Of a stretch of DNA of 64,000 nt, positions 11,278-20,776 are shown piece by piece. Position 1 is the stretch's first letter, and each line of letters begins with the position of its first letter. This stretch comes from a bacterium (GTDB taxonomy: Bacteria > Zhuqueibacterota > Zhuqueibacteria > Residuimicrobiales > Krinioviventaceae). Where the stretch lies: contig CAXXMD010000002.1 in NCBI GenBank assembly GCA_963675755.2, positions 1,312,001 through 1,376,000 on the forward strand, written 5' to 3'. Position numbers and translations under genes: made by a program. The notes below the pieces were generated by a model. It saw only the letters and a program-made list of their open reading frames with translations. It had not been told where the DNA came from and made no database searches.

Positions 11278-13197
11278 TTAAGGTTTAACTATTTTCAATT
11301 CCTTTTCAGGATCAACAAGCCTTGCGTAAAATCCCCAGCTTGCGCCCTGATTTTCTACTTTGGCTAATAAGATATTTTTACCCTTTTTTAATTGTATATC
11401 CAGAAAATCCTGATCTGCAATGGCATTTCTTCCGCCGGTAAATGTATAGATAACCTCGTCATTCAACCAGACTTTGGCACCATCATTACTTCCCAGAGTT
11501 AATGTGACCTTTCGATCATCAGGACTGATAATTTCCGCGCAGGCATAAACCATCCCAATCAATCCGGAGCCGGCATAACGGGAATCAGAACTAAATACTG
11601 ATATAAAATTAAGGTAACCATTTTCAGCTGTTGCTACAGGTTTCCAGTTGACATTTCCGCCCAAACCCTTGTAGGTATTATCAAAAACCAGTTCTTTTTC
11701 CGGAGGATATACCTGATCAAGACCTGTTCCGGTTTCAAAAGGCCCCACAACCTGCCAGTCCCGAATAAATCCATCTGTAGTATTGTGAAGCTCCCACCAA
11801 TCCTTTAACCGTCCGGGTTTGTCAAAGGCAGAACTGTTTTCAATACTGCGTGATTTACCCTGTAAATGAAAAACCTCCAGTGCATTCTCTCGCAATATCC
11901 GGTTTGCAATATCTATTGCCTCCTGCTCCAATAGATACCCGGATTCAACTTTTTCAACAAGTACGTCTGCAACAATCTTTCTTGCCATGACCGAATGCGC
12001 GTATACACATTCAACCACACTGAAATCGCCTCCAAATGCAAGTATCTTGTTAGAGGGTACGGTTTCTATCCATTCATGCAAATAACGTTTTGCATAGGAT
12101 GGAGAAATAATATGCGTCCAGCACATATCGATATAGACATTGGGAAAATTCTTGGCAAGTGTAGACAGTTCACCACCATAAGGATAACTGCCATGGAAAA
12201 TACAAAAATCCACATTGGGATATTCCATAAATAAATTGGCAAGATGTGTAGGATTTGAATTGGTGATAATATTACCATTACCCGCCTGCAATCCTGTATG
12301 GACCTGAAAAGGCAGGCCAAACTCGTCAGTAAGATCCAATATACGATGCATAATGTAATCCTGAAAAGATTGGATCTCTTGAGGAGATGCAGACACATTT
12401 TCATCCATTAGTTTGGCAAATATCTTTTCAGCAGCATCTTCCGATACATTTTCATATTTTATAATACGATTATAAGCCATTCCGGACTTTACCGCAACAA
12501 TGCCATAATCCTGTGCTTGCAGGAACGCGTTTCGCAATGCTGTCTTTACATCTCCCAACTGTTGAATCTGAACACCATATCGGTTACCAATTTGTTCAAA
12601 ATCAGCAGGCGATGTTAACCAGAAAAATTCACCAAAGCGTTCTGCGTGCCGGTAAAATTCCTTGTCCAACTTTTTATGTCCCCTGTCCTGTATCGACAGT
12701 TCAATATTTGCCATATCTTTCAAAATATGTCGATATAAGCCGGGCTTTGTTGCCTCTCGAATTTTTTGAGACAATTCTTCAATGGTGTTTTCATTGATAT
12801 CATCAATTTGGTATATATCACGTGCAGCGATCATGGGGACTCTGCCATATGCGGTTGAACGCATAGCATTATAATAAGGCTCAAATAATTGCCAGCGGTC
12901 CTTAAGAGGAAATCCCTGTCCAAAAATGATTTCAATGATGCCTTTATCATTGGATGCCGAGATGAGATCTTCTTTGGCATAATGACTAAACAGGTAGGTG
13001 AAATCGAGTCGATCCGCCATAGCCAGGCGTTCTTCCTCGGTAATCAGATGCTCATGTGTATCAATAATACGGATATCATTCACATGCTGACGGATTCTTT
13101 GCTCGAAACCTGGTTCAGGAGGAGCAACAAGTTGAATTTGGGTGTAACCAGATACTGCTAAAAAAACAACAAATAGAAAACAACTTTTGAATTTCAT
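11278..13197 (-). CDS. Amidohydrolase-family (uronate-isomerase-like) protein with a signal peptide and a C-terminal beta-sandwich domain
   Basis: IIDTHEH, FQVHTG, IFHGSYPY, NVYIDMCW, KILAFGGD; C-terminal LGSNDGAKVWLN...LKKGKNILL. Confidence 0.75.
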   Translation of the reverse strand: MKFKSCFLFVVFLAVSGYTQIQLVAPPEPGFEQRIRQHVNDIRIIDTHEHLITEEERLAMADRLDFTYLFSHYAKEDLISASNDKGIIEIIFGQGFPLKDRWQLFEPYYNAMRSTAYGRVPMIAARDIYQIDDINENTIEELSQKIREATKPGLYRHILKDMANIELSIQDRGHKKLDKEFYRHAERFGEFFWLTSPADFEQIGNRYGVQIQQLGDVKTALRNAFLQAQDYGIVAVKSGMAYNRIIKYENVSEDAAEKIFAKLMDENVSASPQEIQSFQDYIMHRILDLTDEFGLPFQVHTGLQAGNGNIITNSNPTHLANLFMEYPNVDFCIFHGSYPYGGELSTLAKNFPNVYIDMCWTHIISPSYAKRYLHEWIETVPSNKILAFGGDFSVVECVYAHSVMARKIVADVLVEKVESGYLLEQEAIDIANRILRENALEVFHLQGKSRSIENSSAFDKPGRLKDWWELHNTTDGFIRDWQVVGPFETGTGLDQVYPPEKELVFDNTYKGLGGNVNWKPVATAENGYLNFISVFSSDSRYAGSGLIGMVYACAEIISPDDRKVTLTLGSNDGAKVWLNDEVIYTFTGGRNAIADQDFLDIQLKKGKNILLAKVENQGASWGFYARLVDPEKELKIVKP

Positions 13198-13235
13198 CCC
13201 TGCCTCCAAGTATGAAATTTACCCAACCAATCCAA

Positions 13236-13255
13236 TTAGGCAATCGTTTGCCTAA
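13236..13255. promoter_or_regulatory. LacI/GalR-family operator-like palindrome upstream of the carbohydrate operon
   Basis: TTAGGCAATCGTTTGCCTAA: 18/20 palindromic with a central CG, about 40 bp upstream of the first gene. Confidence 0.65.
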
Positions 13256-13261
13256 CTTTAG

Positions 13262-13296
13262 AAAAAATTTCCCAATAGGGTTTAGCTATTGGGAAA
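13262..13296 (-). terminator. Hairpin with U-tract (terminator for the CNNM gene, or a leader attenuator)
   Basis: Minus strand TTTCCCAATAG-ctaaacc-CTATTGGGAAA followed by TTTTTT. Confidence 0.55.
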
Positions 13297-13417
13297 AGTA
13301 TTTTTAAATCAAGTAATAACTAGTTCAATATAAGAATAAAGAATTAAAATGCAAGAATAAATCTTGAAGGAACTTGTAAGACAAGGGGTTTTGCAATGTA
13401 TGAAAACATTTTGAACA

Positions 13418-14476
13418 TTAATTATCAATCAAACCTATTTTTTTAGCACGTTCCTGCCATTTCTTTCGGGCCAGTTCCTGCATGTCTGCATTTGTATCAT
13501 TTTCATCCAGAATCTCTAAACCTAACAAGGTCTCAATGATATCTTCCATAGTCACAACACCATTCAATGCGCCATATTCATCAACTACGAGTGCAATGTG
13601 CTCACGTGCATCTATTAAATTTTCAAAAAGTATAGGAAGTTCAAGCTTTGTATTAACAGTAATAATTTTTCGTTTAAAATGCTCCAGAGACATAGGACCT
13701 TTATTGTCGGCAAGATGTTTTAAAACGTCATCTTTGAGAATATAACCTGTTATATTGTCCTGTTTTTCCAAAAACACAGGTATGCGTGAAAATTTAACAT
13801 CTTTGAAATGTTCGTGAAACTCTGATACATCCAGGTCCTGACTTGCAATACTTAAAACGGTTCGCGGTGTCATTATATCACCGGCTGTAATGGCTTTAAA
13901 ATTTAACAGGCTTTTAATTATTCGGTATTCGGATTCATGAAGCACACCCTTTTCTGCCCCCAGTTCTGCCATAGCTGCAAAATCTGTTCTACTGAGAACG
14001 CTCTTGTGAGCATTTTTACCAATCAACCGGGTCACAAGTTGTGCAGACCAAATGATACCTGTCCATTTTAATGGAAAAATTAATACCAACAGCGCTTTTG
14101 AAGTAAAATTTGCAAGCTGTTTCCAATAAGTCGCTCCAATGGTCTTGGGGATAATTTCAGAAACAACCAGAATCAGAAAGGTCATGATTGCAGAGACAAT
14201 GCCCACCATATGGTTACCGGTTCCAAAGGCATTTTCAGATTGAACACCCACAAGAATAGCACCTACTGTATGTGCAATAGTATTTAATGTGAGAATTGCG
14301 ATAAGGGGTTTATCAATGTCTTTTTTCAACTCTTCAAGAGTTAAAGCATAACTCTTGCCCTCTTGCTTTTTGACATTGATAAATGTAGGAGTGATGCTGA
14401 GTAAAACTGCTTCAAAAATTGAGCATAAAAACGAAAAAAAGATTGCAATAAAAGCATAAAAGACCAAGAGTGCCAT
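13418..14476 (-). CDS. CNNM/DUF21-CBS domain membrane protein (CorC/hemolysin family)
   Basis: SFLCSIFEAVLLS, SEIIPKTIG, IMTPR, FSRIPV, VVDEYG, TMEDIIETLLG. Confidence 0.9.
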   Translation of the reverse strand: MALLVFYAFIAIFFSFLCSIFEAVLLSITPTFINVKKQEGKSYALTLEELKKDIDKPLIAILTLNTIAHTVGAILVGVQSENAFGTGNHMVGIVSAIMTFLILVVSEIIPKTIGATYWKQLANFTSKALLVLIFPLKWTGIIWSAQLVTRLIGKNAHKSVLSRTDFAAMAELGAEKGVLHESEYRIIKSLLNFKAITAGDIMTPRTVLSIASQDLDVSEFHEHFKDVKFSRIPVFLEKQDNITGYILKDDVLKHLADNKGPMSLEHFKRKIITVNTKLELPILFENLIDAREHIALVVDEYGALNGVVTMEDIIETLLGLEILDENDTNADMQELARKKWQERAKKIGLIDN

Positions 14477-14573
14477 AAACTTTCCACCTGTTAATACCCT
14501 GTTATGTATAAAAAGATAAAAAGATTTATGCTTAATTGCAATCTTTTAACCGACATTGCTACGGGCTTTTTCT

Positions 14574-17500
14574 TTATTTCAACAAAATACATTTCTGAAT
14601 TTTACTATATCCTTCCGTCACCATCCGGATGAAATAGGTACCTGAGGAATGTTGCCCTGCCTGCCAGTTGATTGTATACCTGCCGGGGGATTTGTACTCG
14701 TCCACCAGTGTTTCCACCAGACCTCCATTGATGTTATATACACTCACGGATACATGCTGGGCTCTGGGTACATCAAAGGTGATATTCGTTGTTGGATTAA
14801 ACGGATTAGGATAGCTACCGAACAACGCTAAAGTCGTCGGTTGCTCTGACAAGCCCGCAATACCGGTCGGGAATTGTACCGAAATATAATCCGTTTTTGA
14901 CAATTTGGCTATGCCTCCCGGCCCCGTAACCGTCAATTTTACTGTATAGGTATCAACTCTTGTATATACGTGTTGAGGATTTTGATCTGTACTGGAATTA
15001 CCATCGCCAAAGTCCCATAACCACGATGTTATATCTCCGGAAGATGTATCCGAGAATTGAACGGTTAACGGAACAGATCCTTCGATGATATTTGCAGTAA
15101 AGCCTGCGATGGGTGCAGGTTCAAACACAATGATATAGTCTTCTTTTACGATCTGATCAGAACCTCCTGGACCACTTATCGTCAATGTTACATTAAAAGT
15201 ATCGACAGTTGTATATTCATGAACAGGATTCTGTTCCGTACTGGTAGTACCATCACCAAAATCCCATGACCAGGAATTAATGGATCCGGTGGATTCGTCC
15301 GTGAATTGGACTGTTAATGGATTCACTCCGCTTGTGGTATCTGCACTGAATGCTGCTACCGGTGAGGCGTCGACTACATATACCGTATCGGTTTTGCTGT
15401 CACTGCCGTCTGTACTTCTGACAGTCAAAGTGACATAATAGCTATCCGCTGCCGCATAGGTATGTTCTGGATTTTGCTCAGTACTGCTATCGCCATCGCC
15501 AAAGTCCCATGTCCAATTTTCGACAAATCCTGTGGACTGGTCTGTAAACTGTACGGTAAGCGGTGCCGTACCGGATTTGGGCATATAGGTAAAATTCGCA
15601 ACCGGGGGCAAGTTCTCAACGATATCAAACAACACCACATATTGGCTTTCAGCTCCCTCGGCACCATCGGCCATGTTACCACCCAACACCAGTTTACCGC
15701 TTGTCATGTTCCTCTTATATACATTAAAATATTTAAATTCATCGCTGACGCCAATACGATATGCAGTTAACTCGTATTCTTCTACAATCCATTGTGGTAA
15801 TGACATGGCACGACTGTCATAAGCAATGTATACTGTTCCGTCGTCATTTACATCTAACGTTAAGAATGAATCAAAGGTATTATTTTTTTCATTATTGGGA
15901 GTTTTCAACCAAACCAGACCTTGCAGGCTCTCAGGAATTGATTCGATATAATACTGCCTGTCAGTATAATAATTATCGCCCTCTCGCAGATATTCCAAAT
16001 CAAACACCAATGAATCTGCAAGATCAATTTGAGTGATGGGCTGTTTTTCTACAACTCGATATGCGTTTACATTGATAGATTCCGGCAATAAATAGCCTTC
16101 CAGGTTTTCATAATACAAATTATGTCCGGGGGGTCTATCAAAACCAAACCAGAGTGAGAGTGTTCCCTCTTCTCCTGTATTCGGATCATCATTTAAAATA
16201 GAATATAAATTATTGGTATAACAAATTTCTGTCAGGTCTTCCCAATTCTCCATATCTAGATTATGTTGATTATTGATTGCATCACCAATAGCAGCCTGAG
16301 GTGCTATATTGCCTGAGCCTTTTCCAATAGCTGTGACAGGCACTGTTTCCAAAGCAAAATTTAGTTTTACTGCTTTATCAATATCAGCGCCGCTTTTGAG
16401 TTCAAGATTATAAAGATAGGATTGCTCCAGGATTTGAATAAAATTATCAGCATCATCACTAGTTAACATTTTTTCAAATTCACTGAATGAAATCGGATTA
16501 TAACCATATAGGTCAGTTTGTTTGTTATTGTTAGTATTGAATCCTGAAATTGTAAAATGACTAGGATAATTATTATTCTCATCCTTTGGATCAAAATTGA
16601 TATAATCACCAAGAGGTACGTCAAAACTCATCCACAAACTGACACCACAGGTATCAACAGGATTAATTGATAATAGTTGGGTTTCAAAGTATAATTCATC
16701 TGATGATAAAAAATCAATAATTTCCCAATCCGTATTATTGAGCATTATTGCATCTTTTTGGTTATTTCCAATTTTGCAATAATTTTCATTATCAAACATT
16801 GAACGCCCAATAACCATCTTAGGTTTTTGTTTTAAATTTGCAACTAAATTTCCAACAGAATTTTCAGAATATTTTTCTTTAGGATAATCCCAAATATCAA
16901 ACCGGTAGATATATGGAGCATCAAAGCCAGCCCAAATAGTTGAGTCATATTCGTCATCATGTTCTGCTAATTGGTTAAAAGTAGTGTTCTGATGTTTGAT
17001 ATGTGCGGTATTATTGGTGATATAACCTTTAGACTGCTGATAATTAAAAGATGGTTCACAACCATTCAAAGTTTCAATTAAAACATTGTCTCCCTGATAT
17101 GTAAAAGTTCCAATCCAAAGATCTATTGTACTCCGATGATGGGTCTTCCAGCTTTCAGTCATTTGCAAATAAATATCAGATGTAAAACAATATTGTGTAA
17201 CATCATTCAATAGGTGCCCGGTATCGAATGTAAAAAAAACACTTTGATCTGATAATAATGTCCCTAATTTATCAGGTGCAGGACAGTCATACTCTGTATA
17301 ACAAATGATTTGTGAAGCACGATCTTTCATCTTTAATATAAATTCAGATGTTAGAGAAGTAGGACAATCACCACTGTATAAAGTAAAACGGTAAATATAT
17401 GGATGTTCTGATAATTCTTTAATTTCTTTTGCACCTTTATAAATTGACAATTGTTCAATTTCATCACTTGATAAATATTCATACTCTATTCGTTTAGTCT

Positions 17501-17576
17501 TTAGATTATCCTGCGTAAATCCCATACTAAACCCAAAGCAACATACAATTAAAATAAAAATTTGCCAAAATCTCAT
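14574..17576 (-). CDS. Secreted PKD-repeat protein D (3 unknown repeats + 3 PKD + sorting tail)
   Basis: Signal peptide MRFWQIF; three WDFGDG PKD domains; YPNPFNP...GTYFIRM...CILLK tail. Confidence 0.85.
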   Translation of the reverse strand: MRFWQIFILIVCCFGFSMGFTQDNLKTKRIEYEYLSSDEIEQLSIYKGAKEIKELSEHPYIYRFTLYSGDCPTSLTSEFILKMKDRASQIICYTEYDCPAPDKLGTLLSDQSVFFTFDTGHLLNDVTQYCFTSDIYLQMTESWKTHHRSTIDLWIGTFTYQGDNVLIETLNGCEPSFNYQQSKGYITNNTAHIKHQNTTFNQLAEHDDEYDSTIWAGFDAPYIYRFDIWDYPKEKYSENSVGNLVANLKQKPKMVIGRSMFDNENYCKIGNNQKDAIMLNNTDWEIIDFLSSDELYFETQLLSINPVDTCGVSLWMSFDVPLGDYINFDPKDENNNYPSHFTISGFNTNNNKQTDLYGYNPISFSEFEKMLTSDDADNFIQILEQSYLYNLELKSGADIDKAVKLNFALETVPVTAIGKGSGNIAPQAAIGDAINNQHNLDMENWEDLTEICYTNNLYSILNDDPNTGEEGTLSLWFGFDRPPGHNLYYENLEGYLLPESINVNAYRVVEKQPITQIDLADSLVFDLEYLREGDNYYTDRQYYIESIPESLQGLVWLKTPNNEKNNTFDSFLTLDVNDDGTVYIAYDSRAMSLPQWIVEEYELTAYRIGVSDEFKYFNVYKRNMTSGKLVLGGNMADGAEGAESQYVVLFDIVENLPPVANFTYMPKSGTAPLTVQFTDQSTGFVENWTWDFGDGDSSTEQNPEHTYAAADSYYVTLTVRSTDGSDSKTDTVYVVDASPVAAFSADTTSGVNPLTVQFTDESTGSINSWSWDFGDGTTSTEQNPVHEYTTVDTFNVTLTISGPGGSDQIVKEDYIIVFEPAPIAGFTANIIEGSVPLTVQFSDTSSGDITSWLWDFGDGNSSTDQNPQHVYTRVDTYTVKLTVTGPGGIAKLSKTDYISVQFPTGIAGLSEQPTTLALFGSYPNPFNPTTNITFDVPRAQHVSVSVYNINGGLVETLVDEYKSPGRYTINWQAGQHSSGTYFIRMVTEGYSKIQKCILLK

Positions 17577-17644
17577 TTCAAATCCTTTTCTATAATAAAA
17601 ATTAATCCCTGCCCCGCTTTTAAAAGGATCAGACAATAATCAGA

Positions 17645-20600
17645 TTATTTCAACAAAATACATTTCTGAATTTTGCTATATCCCTCAGTCACCATCCGGA
17701 TGAAATACATACCGGATGAATGATGCCCTGCCTGCCAGTTGATTGTATACCTGCCGGGGGATTTGTACTCGTCCACCAGCGTTTCCACCAGGCTGCCGTT
17801 GACATTATAAATGCTCAAGGTAACATGCTGGGCTCTTGGTACATCAAAGGTGATATTCGTAACAGGGTTAAAAGGATTGGGATAATTGCCATACAACGCA
17901 AAGCTGGTTGGTTGTTCAGACATGCCCGCAATGCCGGTATTGTAACTCAATTTGATATAATCGGTTTTGGACACACTGGATATTCCTGTTGGTCCGCTGA
18001 CCCGAAGCGTAACAGTAAATGTATCCACCAGAGAGTACTGGTGCTGTGGATGTTGTTTAGTACTGAAATTACCGTCCCCAAAATCCCAAAACCAAAAGTT
18101 GATTTCTCCAGAGGACGTATCAGAAAACTGGACTATCAACGGAACTGCACCTTCGGTGACATCCGCGGTAAATCCTGCTATGGGTGCTGGATCAAAAACA
18201 ATGATATAATCTTCTTTTACAATCTGGTCGGATCTGTCAGGACCGGATACGGTCAATGTTACGTCAAAAGTATCCGCTGTGGTGTATTGGTGTACAGGAT
18301 TCTGTTCCGCACTGGTAGTACCATCTCCAAAATCCCATGACCAGGAATTGATGGATCCGGTGGATTCATCCGTAAATTGGACTGTTAATGGATTCACTCC
18401 ACTTGTGGTATCGGTACTGAATTCTGCAATCAGGCTGGAATCCTTTATGTAAATTGTATCAGTTTTGCTGTCTGTACCCTGCGTACTGCTGACAGTCAGG
18501 GTGACATAATACGTATCCGGAAGAACGTATGTATGACCCGGGTTCTTTTCGGTACTGCTCTTGCCATCACCAAAATCCCAGTTCCAGCTTTCAATGTATC
18601 CCGTGGACTGGTCCATGAACTGTAAGGTTATTGGTGCTCTTCCGGTTTCGGGCTGATAGGTAAAATCCGCAATCGGCGGACTCTGCTCAATGTCAAACAG
18701 TAAAATATAAGGGAACCTGCTGCCTGCCTCCAGGTAATCTCCCAATACCAGTTCACCGGGTGTCACTTGTCTTTTAAAGACTGTAAAATAACTGTTACTT
18801 TTACTTAAATACATTTTATATGGTGTTTGAACCAAGCCATTTCTCATCCAATCTGGTAAAACCCAATAATATTTCAAAAACACAATATAAACAGTGCCGG
18901 CCCCCTTGACCTTTACAGTAAGTAAAGAATCTGGATTGCTATCAAGTACATTATATGGGGTTTTGAGCCAAACCAGACCTTTTAAACTGTCAGGAATGGA
19001 TTCAATATAATAAGGCCGGTCTGTATTATACTTGTCACCTTCTTGCAGGCATTCTAATTCACAATGCATCGTATCATTAATCGAAATCAGGGGTATAGGC
19101 TGTTTTTCAACAACACGATAGGCATTTACATCAATTGCATTCGGTAAATAATAACCATCCAGATTTTCATAAAACACATTATAGCCGGGTTGTTCATCAA
19201 ACCCGAACCAAAGTGAGAGTTTGCTGGCTTTTTGGGAACCTGGAGTATTGCTGAGTATCGAAAACAATGTATCTGCATTGCATATAGTAGTCAAGTTTTC
19301 CCAGTTTTCCATATCAACATTATGTTGATTGGTTATAGCATCTCCAATGGCTGCCTGGGGTGAGGTGGTACCTGAACCTTTACCAATGGCTGAAACAGGA
19401 GCTATTTCCATACCCATTTTCATTTTCACAGGTTTGTCCGTATCAACTCTGTTTATGAGCTCAAGATGATACAAATAGGGCTGTTTTAGGGATTGAATAT
19501 AATCACCCGCATTATCATCATTCAACAGACCCTGTAATTCGTTTTGGGAAACAGGATCATAACCAAATTCCAAAGTTGATGCATAAGGCTGATCTGAAAC
19601 CAGATTATAGCCACTAATAGAAATACCCGTTAATCCACTACTAAATTGTTCGTGGATCAAATGGCTGCCAAGGGATTCATCGAGTCCTATCCAGAATCGA
19701 AAACTTGCAGATGTGTGCATTTGCCAATCCCCACTTAATCCAACATACATAGTACTTGAGCCACAATATTGTGTATAATCCTTCCAATAGGTATCATCTT
19801 CATCACTTAAATAGATAAAACCACTTTCATTAGATCCGATTTCAACGGACTCGTAAAAGCCGTCTAAATCTATACTTGCTCTACCAATTAAAACCGGGAC
19901 ACTCTGGTTGAAATGTAATTTGGTAGTTGAGCCACCAGCATAATCATCCATGGGACCAGACATGCTAATACGATAAATATGTTTCTGGGTGAATAAATGT
20001 TTAAATTCTTCAAGGCCATTTTCAGTTAATAACCGGTCCAAACCAATATGATCAATATCATGATTATTGATTTCTTCCGTGCAATGCGCGTCAGTAATAC
20101 GATAAGCTTGAATGGATATAGAGGCACCATCAGGTCTATCAACATAATACCCTCTTATCTGATTTCCTACTGATGGAATCTGACACACCCATATATCCAG
20201 TTCAATGGGTTCTTCATTCTGCTCAATTGCACTAAAATCTACATGGATACTGTTTTCTAAATAACGATAAGTCTTTTCAATGTCCAGCCAGGTGTCTGTA
20301 TTTGATGCATTAAAAACAAAACCTTCTTTAGAGCCGTTTTGCATAATTGCTGTTTTCTCATCTGTTGTATTGCTGCACCTGGCTAAAATAGGCTGGTAAT
20401 AAAGACCCACATATAATCCAACACTTACAAGAGAATCAGGAATAACAGGGCCGGTAATACGTATACGATAAGCATTATGATATGTAAATTGATCGGAAAA
20501 TTCCTGTGCTCCATCACTGGTTAATATTTGATCGAACTCTTGTTTTGTCACTTGTTGATATTCAATAGGAATTTCAAAATTAAAACATTCTTCATCCAAC

Positions 20601-20710
20601 TGTTCAACATCATCTTGATTGGATTGGTTTTGAAGTTCTACTTCCTGCGCAAATCCCAAACCAAGTCCAAAGCAACTAACAATTATAATAAAAATCTGCC
20701 AAAATCTCAT
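17645..20710 (-). CDS. Secreted PKD-repeat protein C
   Basis: Same architecture as its neighbours. Confidence 0.85.
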   Translation of the reverse strand: MRFWQIFIIIVSCFGLGLGFAQEVELQNQSNQDDVEQLDEECFNFEIPIEYQQVTKQEFDQILTSDGAQEFSDQFTYHNAYRIRITGPVIPDSLVSVGLYVGLYYQPILARCSNTTDEKTAIMQNGSKEGFVFNASNTDTWLDIEKTYRYLENSIHVDFSAIEQNEEPIELDIWVCQIPSVGNQIRGYYVDRPDGASISIQAYRITDAHCTEEINNHDIDHIGLDRLLTENGLEEFKHLFTQKHIYRISMSGPMDDYAGGSTTKLHFNQSVPVLIGRASIDLDGFYESVEIGSNESGFIYLSDEDDTYWKDYTQYCGSSTMYVGLSGDWQMHTSASFRFWIGLDESLGSHLIHEQFSSGLTGISISGYNLVSDQPYASTLEFGYDPVSQNELQGLLNDDNAGDYIQSLKQPYLYHLELINRVDTDKPVKMKMGMEIAPVSAIGKGSGTTSPQAAIGDAITNQHNVDMENWENLTTICNADTLFSILSNTPGSQKASKLSLWFGFDEQPGYNVFYENLDGYYLPNAIDVNAYRVVEKQPIPLISINDTMHCELECLQEGDKYNTDRPYYIESIPDSLKGLVWLKTPYNVLDSNPDSLLTVKVKGAGTVYIVFLKYYWVLPDWMRNGLVQTPYKMYLSKSNSYFTVFKRQVTPGELVLGDYLEAGSRFPYILLFDIEQSPPIADFTYQPETGRAPITLQFMDQSTGYIESWNWDFGDGKSSTEKNPGHTYVLPDTYYVTLTVSSTQGTDSKTDTIYIKDSSLIAEFSTDTTSGVNPLTVQFTDESTGSINSWSWDFGDGTTSAEQNPVHQYTTADTFDVTLTVSGPDRSDQIVKEDYIIVFDPAPIAGFTADVTEGAVPLIVQFSDTSSGEINFWFWDFGDGNFSTKQHPQHQYSLVDTFTVTLRVSGPTGISSVSKTDYIKLSYNTGIAGMSEQPTSFALYGNYPNPFNPVTNITFDVPRAQHVTLSIYNVNGSLVETLVDEYKSPGRYTINWQAGHHSSGMYFIRMVTEGYSKIQKCILLK

Positions 20711-20776
20711 TTAAAATCCTTTTCAATAAAATAATAATCCCTGGCCCGCCTTTAAACGGACCAGATAATAATCAGA

